A stretch of DNA of 59,570 bases from Podarcis melisellensis (Eukaryota), in NCBI GenBank assembly GCA_964234715.1, contig OZ174276.1; one strand, written 5' to 3'. The position numbers were made by a program, and so were the translations under genes. This document shows, piece after piece, positions 14,442-27,079 of this stretch (the first letter of the stretch is position 1; each line of letters opens with the position of its first letter). The notes under the pieces were generated by a model that was not told where the DNA came from, made no database searches, and worked only from the letters and a program-made list of their open reading frames with translations.

Positions 14442-16650
14442 CTAACAATTCATCTGAGTAAGTTTACATTGCCTCAGGGGCTTGGTTTTTTTTTGGGGGG
14501 GGGGGTGTTTTCTAAGCAACAAACAAGTGGGAAGGTTATAAAAAGACTAATGCAGAACTGAGGGAGTACTTATCCTACAGTATTCAGTCATTAGATTATT
14601 TTGTGTCATTTTTCTCATTCCAGAGGTCATAAATTTCAATTAGGGAGTGCTATTTTCCAATTATATAATATCTTTGTTAAAAGAATCAATATTTTGGCAG
14701 TTAATTAGGTTTTTTAGAAATAAGTCTTCTGCGTACTAATTAATCTCTGCGACCGATCATCACGGCATCTATAACTGTTTACAAGTTGTCAGATAGCTCA
14801 CTTGACATCTCTATATACTTGTTGAGTTCAGTTCGCATGAATGAATAATAATCAGGGAAGGAAAACACCATATTTTGGGTATACAACATCCATATGCATT
14901 AACATTTGCTTTCATATTTTACATGCAAGCTTCCTTTACGTGTCAGGGGGCCAACTTTGCAGATTCATGTTTTCCTAACTAGAATTTCTACATACACAGC
15001 AAACCAAATGCTAGAATTAGTGAGTATCTGCTGCTGTAAAACCACTTAGGAACATAGGAAGTTGGACCATTCTGGAATTGGACCATTGAACCATCTGGAC
15101 CAGTATTTGTTTATTTAGAAAAGATATAGACTGCTAGCAATAAAAGGAAGGTGCATTAAATGGAGTCATATCGCTGGTCCATCTAACTCTGTCTTATCTG
15201 CACTGACTGGCAGTAGCTCTCCAGGACATCACCTCCATTGCATACTAAAGGCATCTGGTCCTTCCTGCATGTGGTGATGGTTGTTTTCTTCAAGCAGTAA
15301 CCAACCAACTGGTACCCTTAACATGATTTGATTCTTGCACATTCCTGCTGCTGGTGGTGATGGGTTTGGTTTTTTTGCACGTGTGCCTCCTTGCTCATGA
15401 AGAGCAGGCTGTATCAAGATGCTCCTTCAAATCAGAAGTGCCTGATAGCAAAGTCACTCCCAACCCACTTCCATCTCCTTCTCCAGGAAATATGAAGGAT
15501 GCCATCTTGCTCAGAGTGTCAGGAGGGGACTTGAAACATTCTTCTGCTTCAAGTTTGCAAGGCTAGAGTGAGAATCCTCACGCTTCCTTTCTTCCTTTAG
15601 TACTCATGCAGTCTGTTATCCTTTTTTATGGAAGTGTCTCTTCCTCCAAGGCATGTGGAGAGCATTATAAGCTTTTAGTGCTTTTCCAAGCTCGAGATAC
15701 TCAATGCAGAAAACTGCTGTGTCCTCGGGTCATCCTTCAGTCCCTTAATTGTTGAACATTTGCAGATACACCCCTCTGCCGGCCTAGCTTCTTCACAGTG
15801 TACTGCATTCATTCCATCCTTGGCGCCATTAAGAAAGCAATGCTTTACGCCTTCCAGGCAGCCGGCAGCCCTCCCTGTTCTGTCAAATTGAGAGAAATGC
15901 CTTCTTGTTTCTGATGGGGCGCCATTACCTCCTTGACCCATTTTCCCTTTTCTTTCTTTTAGTCGAAATAAGATCATCTCACAGGCACCCTGCTTTGCCT
16001 CTCTTCTTCTCCTATGCATCTGCTTTGTTTTAGATTCGCTGATCTAAATGGAAGGGCATCTCAGTTGCAAAAAGCTCTGAAAACTGAGTAAACTGTGAGG
16101 CAGAGCAGAATTGGGCCATTATGGCTGTGTCCTGCCTCTCCTATGCTTTTGAATGCTGAGAATCACAAGTGGGGAGAACACTGTTGCCCATAGGTCCTAC
16201 TTGTGGGTTTTCCATGGACATCTGGTTTGCCATTGTGAGAACAGGATGTTCTTATGTTTTTGTCCATGCTTGTCCTGGAAGCACAAGTTATCTTCAATAC
16301 TTTTTGAGAGTCCCCCCACTGCTGCAAGTGGCTAGAAGCTCCAGAATTAGCTCTGGCTCCCTTTGCAGGAGAGAGCACTGGAGACGTTTGCTTTCGTTTC
16401 AAGAGTCTCAGCAGAGCAAGCAGGGAATGCTTCAGGCTTGTGAGGGACACCAGGCAGAGCCAGGAACAAAATGGTAGCTTTGGGGGAGAGCCCAATGCAA
16501 AATGGTGACTCAAAGGGGTGGATGCAAGCATACTGAAATGAGCTGCATATCCAATTACAAGCGCATCTGAGTTACTACGGATCCTGGATTCTTTCACCAA
16601 ATTCTAAAACTGGCCCTTGGAGCTGCTGAAGTGGGCCACTGGAGCTGTGC

Positions 16651-16901
16651 AATAATAATATATAATAATAATTTATTATTTATACCCTGCCCATCTGGCT
16701 GGGTTTCCCCAGCCACTCTGGGCGGCTTCCAACAGAATATTAAAATACAATAGTCTATCAAACAATAAAAGCTTCCCTAAACAGGGCTGCCTTCAGATGT
16801 CTTCTAAAAGTCTGGTAGTTGTTCTTCTCTTTGACATCTGGTGGGAGGGCGTTCCACAGGGCAGGGGCCACTACCAAGAAGGCCCTCTGCCTGGTTCCCT
16901 G
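16651..16901 (-). mobile_element. L2-clade LINE 3' end
   Basis: RAFLVVAPALWNALP..FRRHLKAALFREAF C-terminus; (TTA)n tail. Confidence 0.85.
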
Positions 16902-19021
16902 CAAGGCAGCCAAATGATGCTCATGTTTCACAAGTGAACACATATGCTAATAGAAAAACCAACAGTCTAACCTTGCATTTAACAAGTCATCTGCTGGTAA
17001 CCATAGGATTCCAGGCCGGTGAATGAGGAGGCTGGCTGAGGAGGGACGGATCTCTCCATTCCTCCTTTGCCCATTGGCTTGGTTCCCGTTCCTCATCATT
17101 CTGTTTGATAAGAGGGTTTTTATTCCTATATTGTAACTAGCCTGCTAAGAGGCTAGTATCCTGAATAACAGAGGGATTCCTCTCTATTAGCCTCTTAGCG
17201 GGCTAGTAAAACAAAAACAACGCCCTTCAGACTACTAATCCTTTTGGACTTTTTTGAAGACTGGCTGGTGGTCCATGGTGAGCTTTCAGGAGTTCCAGCC
17301 CTTCCACTTCATCTCCACCCCCCTGGGGTGTCCTGCCTTCAGAGAAAGGATATGTGTCATGTTTTATTCCCTGTGTGGACGATTCTATCTTCGAGGTGGA
17401 CATTTCTCTTTCATCTTTTCATCTTTTTTTTCTACCTTTGCCAGAAAGAGGTCACTGTTGACAGGTGGCTCCTAGGGAAAGAAAAAATGTCATCTTTCCC
17501 TGTTCTTCCCCAGAGCGGCTGTCACAGTGTCAAATGGCTTTCATCCCCTGCGTCTGACCTCTGCTTTGTACTCCATCTGTCTGCATAGAGTGATGAAAAG
17601 AGACCCTCAGAATAGCGTGAGGCACAGATTGCTTTTCTTACACTCGACTCTACATAGCAACAAGGTTTGATCTGCGGCCGGTTCTCAAATAGCATCCTGT
17701 CACTCACTGGCATCTCCTTCTCCTTTAATTAAAGTGTGGCCACAATGCTCCTAGCAGGCCACAATGTATTGGAAAGTTGTTATGTGAGAAGGTGAGAGGT
17801 GGATTTTCTCATCCCGGTTTGTCTGATAATGGCGTTAGGTCAATTGCTTAGGTAATATGTTCTCCTTACAAGACATTCTGTTGTTTCTGTCAAGCTACAA
17901 GGCATGAGGACACAGAATAATTTCGTTTATTGAAATGGCCTAGTTCTTGAAACTGTTTGGGTAAACAGAAGTTCAGAAAAACAGGACCCCAGAAAGGAAA
18001 AAAATAGATATTAAGGAGTGGGGGTCATGTTCTAGAATGATAGAATTGTATAGTGGGAAGGGATCCCAAGAACTATCTAGTCCAACCTCCTACAATACAG
18101 GAATCACAACTAATAAAGGAATCCCAGCCTCTGGCCACCTGTCAGGGATTCTTTAGTTGTGATTCCTTCATTGCAGGAACTAAGCAGGTGGCATATTATT
18201 AAACCACTGTGGTATGATAGCCAATTCACTTTCATGCCTTGCAGACTATTGGCAAGGGAGGCAAAAAAGGCAAACTGAAAAAGTCCCATAAAAATGAACA
18301 GAAATGTAGCATTAATGTTGGTGGGTTGCATCATAATGCTTTCTAAAAGGTGAAAGAAAATTGCAGTAGAAGAATAAAGAATTGATCCCAAGCACCTAAC
18401 CAGAGCAGTCAAACCTGGAGATGATAATGACGATGAAGAAGATAATAGTAATAATAATAATAATATTTATACCCCAGCCACTCTGTGTGGCTCCCAACAG
18501 AGTACATATTTGGTACCTAATCACAGAACCCAAGAGCTATGACATTCTGAATATTATGCAGTAGTTTAAGACCCGAAATAAGAAAGAACGTGTTTACTTT
18601 GAGCTGAAACATGAATTCCAAAAGAAACTACATTGATATAAAACCAGAAGTGGTTTTCTGGGTGGGCAGAACCACTACCCTAGCATGTGAGTTGCCATGG
18701 TTTCCTGGGAGGGGAAGGGACATGGCAGCAGGGAGTCTGGTGTGGTGGAAACACATCATCGGAGCCAAACTGTCACTTCTGCCAGAGCATTTGCACCATG
18801 ATTTCCTCCCAAGCACCTTGCCCCTGCCCCACTCCCTCCTGGTAAGGGAAATCAACCCACCTGCCAGGAAGCAGCATAGTGACTCGGGAGCCATTTCCAT
18901 ATAAAACTAGTTTATGTTTTGAGCAGAAACGACTTGTTGGCATGTTTGTTGTCCGGTGTAAGACCTTTCGATTCCCTGTATAAGAAATGTGAAGTAAAAA
19001 TAATCTGAAATTAAATGAATA

Positions 19022-19267
19022 AAGAAGAGGAGTTTGGATTTGATATCCCACTTTATCACTACCCTAGGGAGTCTCAAAGCGGCCAACAATCTCCTGTCCT
19101 TTCCTCCCCCACAACACACTCTGTGAGGTGAGTGCGGCTGAGAGACTTCAGAGAAGGGTGACTAGCCCAAGGTCACCCAGCAGCTGCATGTGGAAGAGCG
19201 GGGAAGCGAACCCGGTTCACCAGATTACGAGTCCACTGCTCTTAACCACTACACCACACTGCCTCTC
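19022..19267 (-). mobile_element. Squam3-type SINE
   Basis: Reverse complement of the 8914 element over its full length. Confidence 0.88.
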
Positions 19268-20371
19268 TGAAAAAGCTCCTGAAGGTTCAGGTTTTCCATA
19301 ATGTATCCACATTCTAGTGCCCTGTCCTTCCTGTCCAATTTTGGTGGCAGATGTCAACACAGGATAAATTAAGTCAAAGGCACACAAAGCATGCACTTTT
19401 CCAGTGAGGACACTGAGGGAGGGACAAAGGCTCAATATGATGGTCAGCATCACCTGCTTTGCAGGTTTAAGGTCCCAGGTTCAATCCCTGGCATCTCCAG
19501 TTAAAAGAGTTCAGGTAGCAGGTGATGATAAGATTCCTTCCCGAGACCCAGAAGAGTTGCTTCACAGTCCTAAAAATGTCTACTCAGAAGAAAGTCCTAC
19601 TGCACTTTACTTCCAGATAAGTGTGGTTTAGATTGCTGCCTGACAATATTGGGTCATTCAATGGTCTGACTTCTTTGCTGAATGAACATGGGTACATGGG
19701 CCAGTCTCCCAGTACAGGCACATACAGCAAAATGAATGGATGGATGGATGTGCTGTTTATAAGTGACAAGATATGTGATTTACACACTTTCCCCTACACT
19801 GAAAGACTTTCGTTGTCAGGCATTTGTCATGTTTGAATTGCCCCTGAGAGAGAAAGAGAATAGCAGAGCCTGAATCTGATTATGTAGTGACTTTTATCAA
19901 AATCTGTGTTCAGCTTAAAATGTCATTCCATTTCCTGATGGTTGCTTACATGGCTGCCAAAGTTCTCGTTGGGAAGAAAAATATGTCCTTTTTTCTTGTT
20001 TTGTTTTTTTAAAAAAAGAAAAGGTTTGCAAAGTATAGATGCTGTGTACTCAAGTGCTATTTTTCTAGGGAAAAGAGGTGCCGGAACTCACAGTGAACAC
20101 CTCCCTTGTTCTCCCTTGTTCTTTCATAATGGCAATGGTGCCCACCTGAAAAAAAGTCATGGCTTACTATTCCAGTTCATTGGGTCTAGCTTTAAACACA
20201 GGGTGGAATGCTATATTCCTTGACTACTGTCTAGTGTGTACTGTCCAGTGCATAAGCCACTAGACAGTATTTCCTAATGTGATTTGCTTCCAGTCATTTC
20301 ACAGCCAGCATGCTCTGAAACAGCCAGGAGGGGAATCGAGATTTCATTTTATTCTATTGTTTTACTTGCAG

Positions 20372-20704
20372 GTGTTTCTGAAAAGTGACCGTGTTGCCAG
20401 AATGGTTCAGAGTGGTGGTTTCTCGGCCAACGACTCTCGGGAAGTCTTCAAGAAACATATTGAAAAGAGGGTCCGAAGTCTCCCCGAGATCGATGGCCTT
20501 AGCAAGGAGACTGTTCTGAGTTCCTGGATGGCAAAATTTGATGCGATCTATCGCGGTGAAGAGGATCCTCGCAAAGCACAAGCCAGGATGACTGCGAGTG
20601 CTGCTTCGGAGCTGATTCTCAGCAAGGAACAACTGTATGAGATGTTCCAGAACATCTTGGGTATCAAGAAATTTGAACACCAGCTTCTGTACAATGCGTG
20701 CCAG
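20372..20704 (+). CDS. CADPS: CADPS (CAPS1) coding exon, equivalent to human exon 3
   Basis: Acceptor ttttacttgcag|GTG and donor CAG|gtaaga; 333 nt, phase 0/0. Encodes [111 protein letters not shown] and joins in frame to the previous exon. [14 protein letters not shown] and EDPRK fit CADPS rather than CADPS2. Confidence 0.97.
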
Positions 20705-21929
20705 GTAAGACGCCCTGTTTTCCAGGAGAATACCAGCTGTTTGTATATGAGTGTACCCATGTGGATTTCTACTCTTACTATGGCATTGGCCTGTACATTG
20801 GTTTAATTTTCAGGAGAATAACAAGGAAGCCTTTCAACGGTGATGATTCATGGGTGCTTCCCACAGGCTTTATTTTGCATGTACTCTTGTGGGAGGATAT
20901 TGAGTGTGACAACTTACATGCCGTCTCATCAGCATTGCTACTAAACTCTGACTCCGCAACTGGCTTGTACGCTATCTGTTCACTCTTGTCTAGCTGCCTA
21001 AGAGATGGGATGTGCTCCGCCGTGCTGTACATCAAGAGGATGGTGCTGTTAGAGGAAGGGCTTTCAGGAATAGCTGTTTGCAGAACTAATTTTGTATAAC
21101 ATCAGCAGTGCGTACAGAGGTGACAGCCTCTGGCCAGAGGGCTTTGACAGCCTCTGTTGCGCAGCAAGCCAGGCACAGGGCCAGGCACCAGGGTCTGACA
21201 ATGAGTAGTGGTGATCAGGCAGAGGACAGTCAGATGGGAAAGGAGGAGCCGGGGAGGTGAAGCTGGGGTGGAATTTGATCATCAGTCACCCAGCATGCAG
21301 CTCTTCATGGCGGACTTAGAAAAGGAGAGTGAAGCAGCTTTGTGATGAACCAAGAGGAGCTTGCCATGGGGAGCCTACGTTGCAAAGAACACAGAAATGT
21401 CAATATAAGAAGGAAGCAAAAGGACGACTGATCTTCCTCCTACCTCCCTGCATGTTGACAGTTTTGTTGAAAATGAATTGTGGCATTGAGAGTCTCTTCC
21501 TGTGCCCCTGCCCCTATTTCAGTGAAATTTGCATTAAGCCTTTTTATTAGTATCCCTTCTTGTTGGAATCTCTTGTTCTGCAAATCCCCACTTTCCGGCT
21601 GATCTCTACGGGTGTGTTTTTGTGGTAGCATTTTTCCAGTGGGCTGTTGATGGAGCTATTGCGGTGGGTGCAGGCATCTCCCACTGGCATTTGGTGCCAA
21701 AACTCAACTGTGAATATTCCAGGACTAAATGGTGATGGAAGGGGCAGTGTGTGGGCAAATATTATCTTTTTTTAGTGATGTGCAGAACCCTTCATCCGCC
21801 CTTCTTCTCTATAGTCTCTTAATCTCTGGAAGGGAGTAGCCACAGTATTTTTCCACATGGAAAGTATTTAAATTAAAATAGAACTGAGGAGGCTTGCATA
21901 AGTGAAAGAATTAGATGAGAGCCGGCATG

Positions 21930-22080
21930 ATGTGGGTAGTTAGAGCATTGGACCAGGACCTGGGTTCAAATCTCCCTTCAGCTATGAAGCTCACTGGGCC
22001 AGTCGCTATCTCTAAGCCCAACTTGCCTCCCAGGTTGTTGTGAAAATAAAACGGGGAGCAGCCATCTTGAGCTTGGAGAA
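21930..22080 (+). mobile_element. Old tRNA-derived SINE (Squam3A/MIR-like)
   Basis: A/B boxes (GTAGTTAGAGC / GGTTCAAATC) and core AGGTTGTTGTGAAAATAAAA. A reverse, diverged copy lies near 51655-51830. Confidence 0.55.
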
Positions 22081-22218
22081 TGTAACAAAATAAATAAAGC
22101 TGAAGCGACCATGAGAGTTGAGGCAAGTGTAAAAGGTATATGTGAGCAAAATTTGTGCCACATAGACTAGGAGTCCCCAAGTTGCAGGCTGTCAGCTTGC
22201 AGTGGTCTGCAGTGTGTT

Positions 22219-22219
22219 T

Positions 22220-22255
<36 letters not shown>

Positions 22256-22256
22256 A
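22219..22256. repeat. (GTA)n microsatellite
   Basis: Directly visible. Confidence 0.95.
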
Positions 22257-24217
22257 TAGGTTTAGAAATCATATAGCATCTAACACGGTGCATTAAAATT
22301 GCTGCAACAGGTGGAAAAACATTAAGTGATTTGGCAAGATCTTCAGCAGTTTTCAAGTGGACAAAATAAGTTTGGGAACCACTGACAGGCCACATTTTCA
22401 ATAGCAACCTTCCCCAACCTAGTGCCTTTCAAAAATTATTGGACTGCAATTCCTACCACCCTTTGAATATTGACCATGTTGGCTAGGGATGATAGAAGTT
22501 GGTCTAAAACATATGGAGGGCACCAGATTGAGAATGGCTATTTTATGGATTTTTTCGGGGAGGAGGGCAGGAAGAGTGAAGAGAACCTGATAGGTTAGCC
22601 ATTGAACCTCCTTGTTCCCTTCCATCAAGTTCATGCAATGTCATGATTTATATACTAAGGCATTTACTCTTCAGCCTCTGTCCCCAGATGTTGTTGAACT
22701 ACGGCTCCATCATCCCTGACCATTGGCTAAGCTGTCTGGGGATGATGGGTTTTGTAGTCCCACAGCACCTCAGGAGACAAGGCTGAAGAACTAAAGGAGA
22801 ATGATATGATTCTGATATATCACTTTTTAGCCTAATATTCACTGACTGTTCCTTTTTATATGAGCATGCTTACAGATTTCCCTTCTTCTTCTTTTTGTCC
22901 TCCAAATGCACAGCAGTGCATCTCTTTTTTTAGAGCAAATTCAGTCATTTGGTACTTTCCTTTTCAGATTTACATATTCATTCCCAGGAGACGAGGATTA
23001 TATTTGTTTCATGAATAGATTAATTTCCTCGCTTTTTTTCATCCCTCTCCTCCTCAAAGTCAAAAAAGAGAGAAATATTCCACAGTTCAAAAGAACACAG
23101 TGGGCATTGCTGTTCTGATTAATAACCCTGCTGCCCAGCCAAGGAGAGAATAAAGGAGAGAATTAGGGAAATGAAGAGGCAGAAGGATAACTTCAAAGGG
23201 ATTGCTAATTCTGGGTTTACTCCATCACAGCTGCAGTCTCCTGCCTGAGAGCTGGGCTTGCACACCATTCTGTCTCCTGCCCTACATCTTTTTAAAAAAA
23301 AAAAATCGCCCACACCTCAGGCTGTGCTGGCTGCTTGCATTATCATGTGACAACTGGAGACAGATCACATAGTCAGAGCAAAACTGTGAAATATTAGCGC
23401 CGGGAGCAAAAGGATCCCGAGTCTCTGTGGATAAGGATAGAGGAGCAATGTGATAACTAGGTTACAGCAGCATGGGGAGGTCTACATGTCCTTGAAGATC
23501 TCATTAATACTAGCCACCATAGTCCCTCTCCTGCTCAGTGCCAGTTTGTCACAATTACTGTATCGCTTCCAGATGGGCATACCATTTAAGAATCATGGAA
23601 CTGTAGAAGGGGAGGGGGCCGAGAGTCATCTAGTCCCATCCTTCAATGTAAGAATCTCAGCTAAAGCATCCATGACAGATGGCCATCCACCCTCTATCAG
23701 GAGTTCAGCCTACACTGGAATAGGGCCCTGGCAGAGACACATGACTGACAGGCATGTTCCCTCCCTCCTGGTTGATCGTTCGGGAGCTTCATAAGCTTTC
23801 TTCAGGCCAAACATCACAGCGACCGATGCCAACCGGCACACTTAGGGATCCGCAGAGTTTGCGCACCTTGCGTGACAGACCTCAGCAACTCAGCATTTTT
23901 CTAATCTACTTTATTTACATATAAACACACAGGGAGCACTCCAACATGGCTCCCTCTCTCTATAGCATCAGACAGCAAAGAGAAAAAGAACAAAGGACAA
24001 TAGTCCCACTCCAGCTCAGTGATACAGTTCAGTGGTACAGGATATGCCTACATTCATGCATGCAGAAAGCGTCAGATCCAACCCTTGGCATATCCAGTTA
24101 GTAGGTGATGTAAAAGACCTACCTGAGACTGTATGGTAAGCCACTGCTGGACGTATGAGACAATCCAGGAATAGATGCTTAATATCAGACAGCTTTTGAA
24201 GGACCACTATGTTAAGG

Positions 24218-24218
<1 letters not shown>

Positions 24219-24252
<34 letters not shown>
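24219..24252. repeat. (TG)n microsatellite
   Basis: Directly visible. Confidence 0.95.
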
Positions 24253-24254
<2 letters not shown>

Positions 24255-24800
24255 GTAAAAAATATATATAGTTTTTCGGGTTTTAGAAATTTACAGTCAA
24301 TTATCCAACAACCAACATAAAAAGAGAATTCCAAAGAATCTCCTGGACTTCCCTCCTCCCCTTTGGGGGTCCTTATATTAAGCTTTTCCTCCTGCATCTT
24401 TTCTATTAACCCAAATCTTTTAAATCTCCATTATACCCAAAAATTCAACATTGAACTACAAGTGTTATTCCAATCCTACTAATGATTTTAATTGTTTACA
24501 ATGGTTTTTAAGGTAAATTGTGTATTTTCCCCATTCCTTATAAAAATTTTGATCTTCCTGGTTCCTGATTCTTCCGGTCATTTATGCCAGTTCGGCATAG
24601 TCCATCAACTTAATCTGCCATTCTTCTCTGGTAGGGACTCTGTGTTCTTTCCATTTCTGGGCCATTAACATCCAAGCAGCAGTGGTTGCATACATAAATA
24701 GTCTTTTCTGATCCATTGGAATTTCAGCACCTAGAATCCCTAAAAGAAAAGCTGGGGGGGGGTTAAGAAAAGGTTATTCAGTTCATTTATATCATTTCCA
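24255..24800 (-). mobile_element. L1-clade LINE 3' fragment
   Basis: Minus strand reads LFMYATTAAWMLMAQKWKEHRVPTREEWQIKLMDYAELA*MTGRIRNQEDQNFYKEWGKY, which resembles a squamate L1 ORF2 C-terminus, followed by 3'UTR. Confidence 0.75.
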
Positions 24801-26914
24801 AAAAAACTGGACCTCTGACATTTGTTGACAGAAAACAAACTATAGTGAGTCTGCTGGGCTAGGTTCACACATTCAAACAAACTATAGTTAGGCTAGGCAA
24901 ACTATGATTTAGCATTATGTGTGAAACACTGAAAGCAGCCAGGTCTGCTTGGTGAACCACTGCTAGGAAGTATTCCAAGCAATCGTATTTGAAGCCAGCA
25001 ACAGCCTCCAGTGGGAATGCACGCAACTTGAATTAACTATTGTGGGAAATCTTGGCTGAGCTAAAGGGGCTGGAGAGGAGCAAAACAGCTATGATCTCCT
25101 TCCCATGAGCCACATGTTTGCTCTAAGACATTGTTTGGCTTAGCATGACATGCAAACATGGACATTATCAAGTTGATATGTATGCAGAAGTACAATTCCA
25201 AAAAGATGGAGAGGAAACCCCAGATTGGGGGTAGGTGGGGGTAGAGATTACATCAAAAACTGTATGACAATTGGTCTCTAAGATGGAGTCTTATCATTAT
25301 ACCAGCAGAAAACACTGCTCCATTGATGCCATTCCTCTGTTCAGCTCTCTTTCAAATCTTTGCTTCCTGCCTTCTGTAAAGGCCACACTTTAAAATCCCT
25401 TTTATGAAACAACATTTGCTCCGTGGGTCTCTTATTGTCAGAAAGGACTGGGGGAAGCTCATTAGGTAACCTGCCTGGCAAGACTCTCCCTGTGGGCTGA
25501 GTTCACCCATGCGCCGAGTGTAAAATCTCCACAGCTGGTTTTAATGCTTGGGTGATGCAGTGCCTGGCTTTATTTATGTTCTTTTATTGCTCATTAAACC
25601 AGCAAACCTACAATTAATTAGGGATTTGTTAGAAGTACGTATTTCAGTGAGAACGCAAACACTTAACACAAGGATTACTTTGCTATTTTTAATATGTGTA
25701 TGATAAGGATGATAATTAACAGAGATTCTCTAGGGGGGAGAGCATCTTATATAAGCCATCTCTTTGGAAGAAAATAAAACAGAGCTCCAAGCTTTAGCCT
25801 TATCGGGAAGGGTTTAGCTATTTCGTGAGGGTTTTTGTGTTTGTGAATCGGTATATGTGGAGATTAAAATGATAATACCCAAGAAAAGCTGGACACTGTG
25901 ATTACAATTTGCCGTGACCAATGCTTGGCCTAGACCTTTCCCTCCCCTCACCCCCACCCCTCATTAGATCTCTCAGTAGGTTTATTTTCATCTCCTTCAG
26001 TTCATTTCCTGCACTGCTTCCTGATGAAAATATTTTTTAAAAAGGAAAAAAAAGAAAGAACCTAAGGACCCAGAGGTAGAGTTCAGAGCTGTTTTCCAGC
26101 CAGGCTCTGGGTATGATTTATATGTGATAAGTGCAGAGTCATGAAATAGCTAAGGAACTGAACAGAAATAATAATAGTAACAGTAATGCTACTATTACTA
26201 CTACTACTACTCCTGCTGCTGCTACTAACAATAATAATATTAATAATATGTTGCACAGAATGATTAGATAAGAGCCTCCTAAATATCAATATAAACTGAA
26301 ACTACCAGCAGATCAAAATGCAGTAATACAGCAGAGACAACCAAAAACCACCAACCAGATATGCAAGTGTGTATTTATAAATTGCAATTATTATTACTAC
26401 TACTACTACTACTCCTACTACTACTCCTCTCACATCTGCTGCTATCTCCCCAAATTAAGTTCACACTGAAAGCATGGGGGTTCACACACTCCACCCCTCA
26501 CCAGGGAGCAACCACAATCAGTTCTCCCCACACCTCAGCCCAAGAATACCCATAAAAGCAATGTGCACTATTTAATAAGTAAAGAAATGCATGCAGCTAC
26601 CACCCTGAAATGTACAAAGATTCCTTGTGAGAACCTGGTTGGTTAAGGAAGGATCAGTAAGGTGTTGGTTAGCTAGTAGTAGCAAGTGATGTAAGGACAG
26701 CACTTTGGTCGCTCAGGAGATGATTTGCGGAAGGTGGACTTGTGGGGGGGGGGGTGAGGATGACCAAGGAACCTTGATTAGCTAGAAAAGAGAAACAGTA
26801 CAATCAGAACCAAAGGTGTCAATACAGAAGTGCAATGTGGGGAGAAATGTATTCTGAGTCGCTTTGAAACCAGCCACAGGCACTTGGTAAAATTTCTATT
26901 AGGAGACCCCCAAT

Positions 26915-27079
26915 CATCGCTGTCAACTTTCAGATTTGAAAATAACGGATCAGCAGCCTCACCTGTCCCGGGGACAATCTACGGGATATCTAACAATCTG
27001 GGATAGCAGCAGGAAGCAGCGGGAAACAGCGCTGGAATAAGGGAATTTCCTTCAAAAAAGGGGAAGGTTGAGAGCTATG
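26915..27079. mobile_element. hAT MITE
   Basis: CATCGCTGTCAAC..GTTGAGAGCTATG termini; perfect 8-bp TSD CCCCCAAT. Confidence 0.8.
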
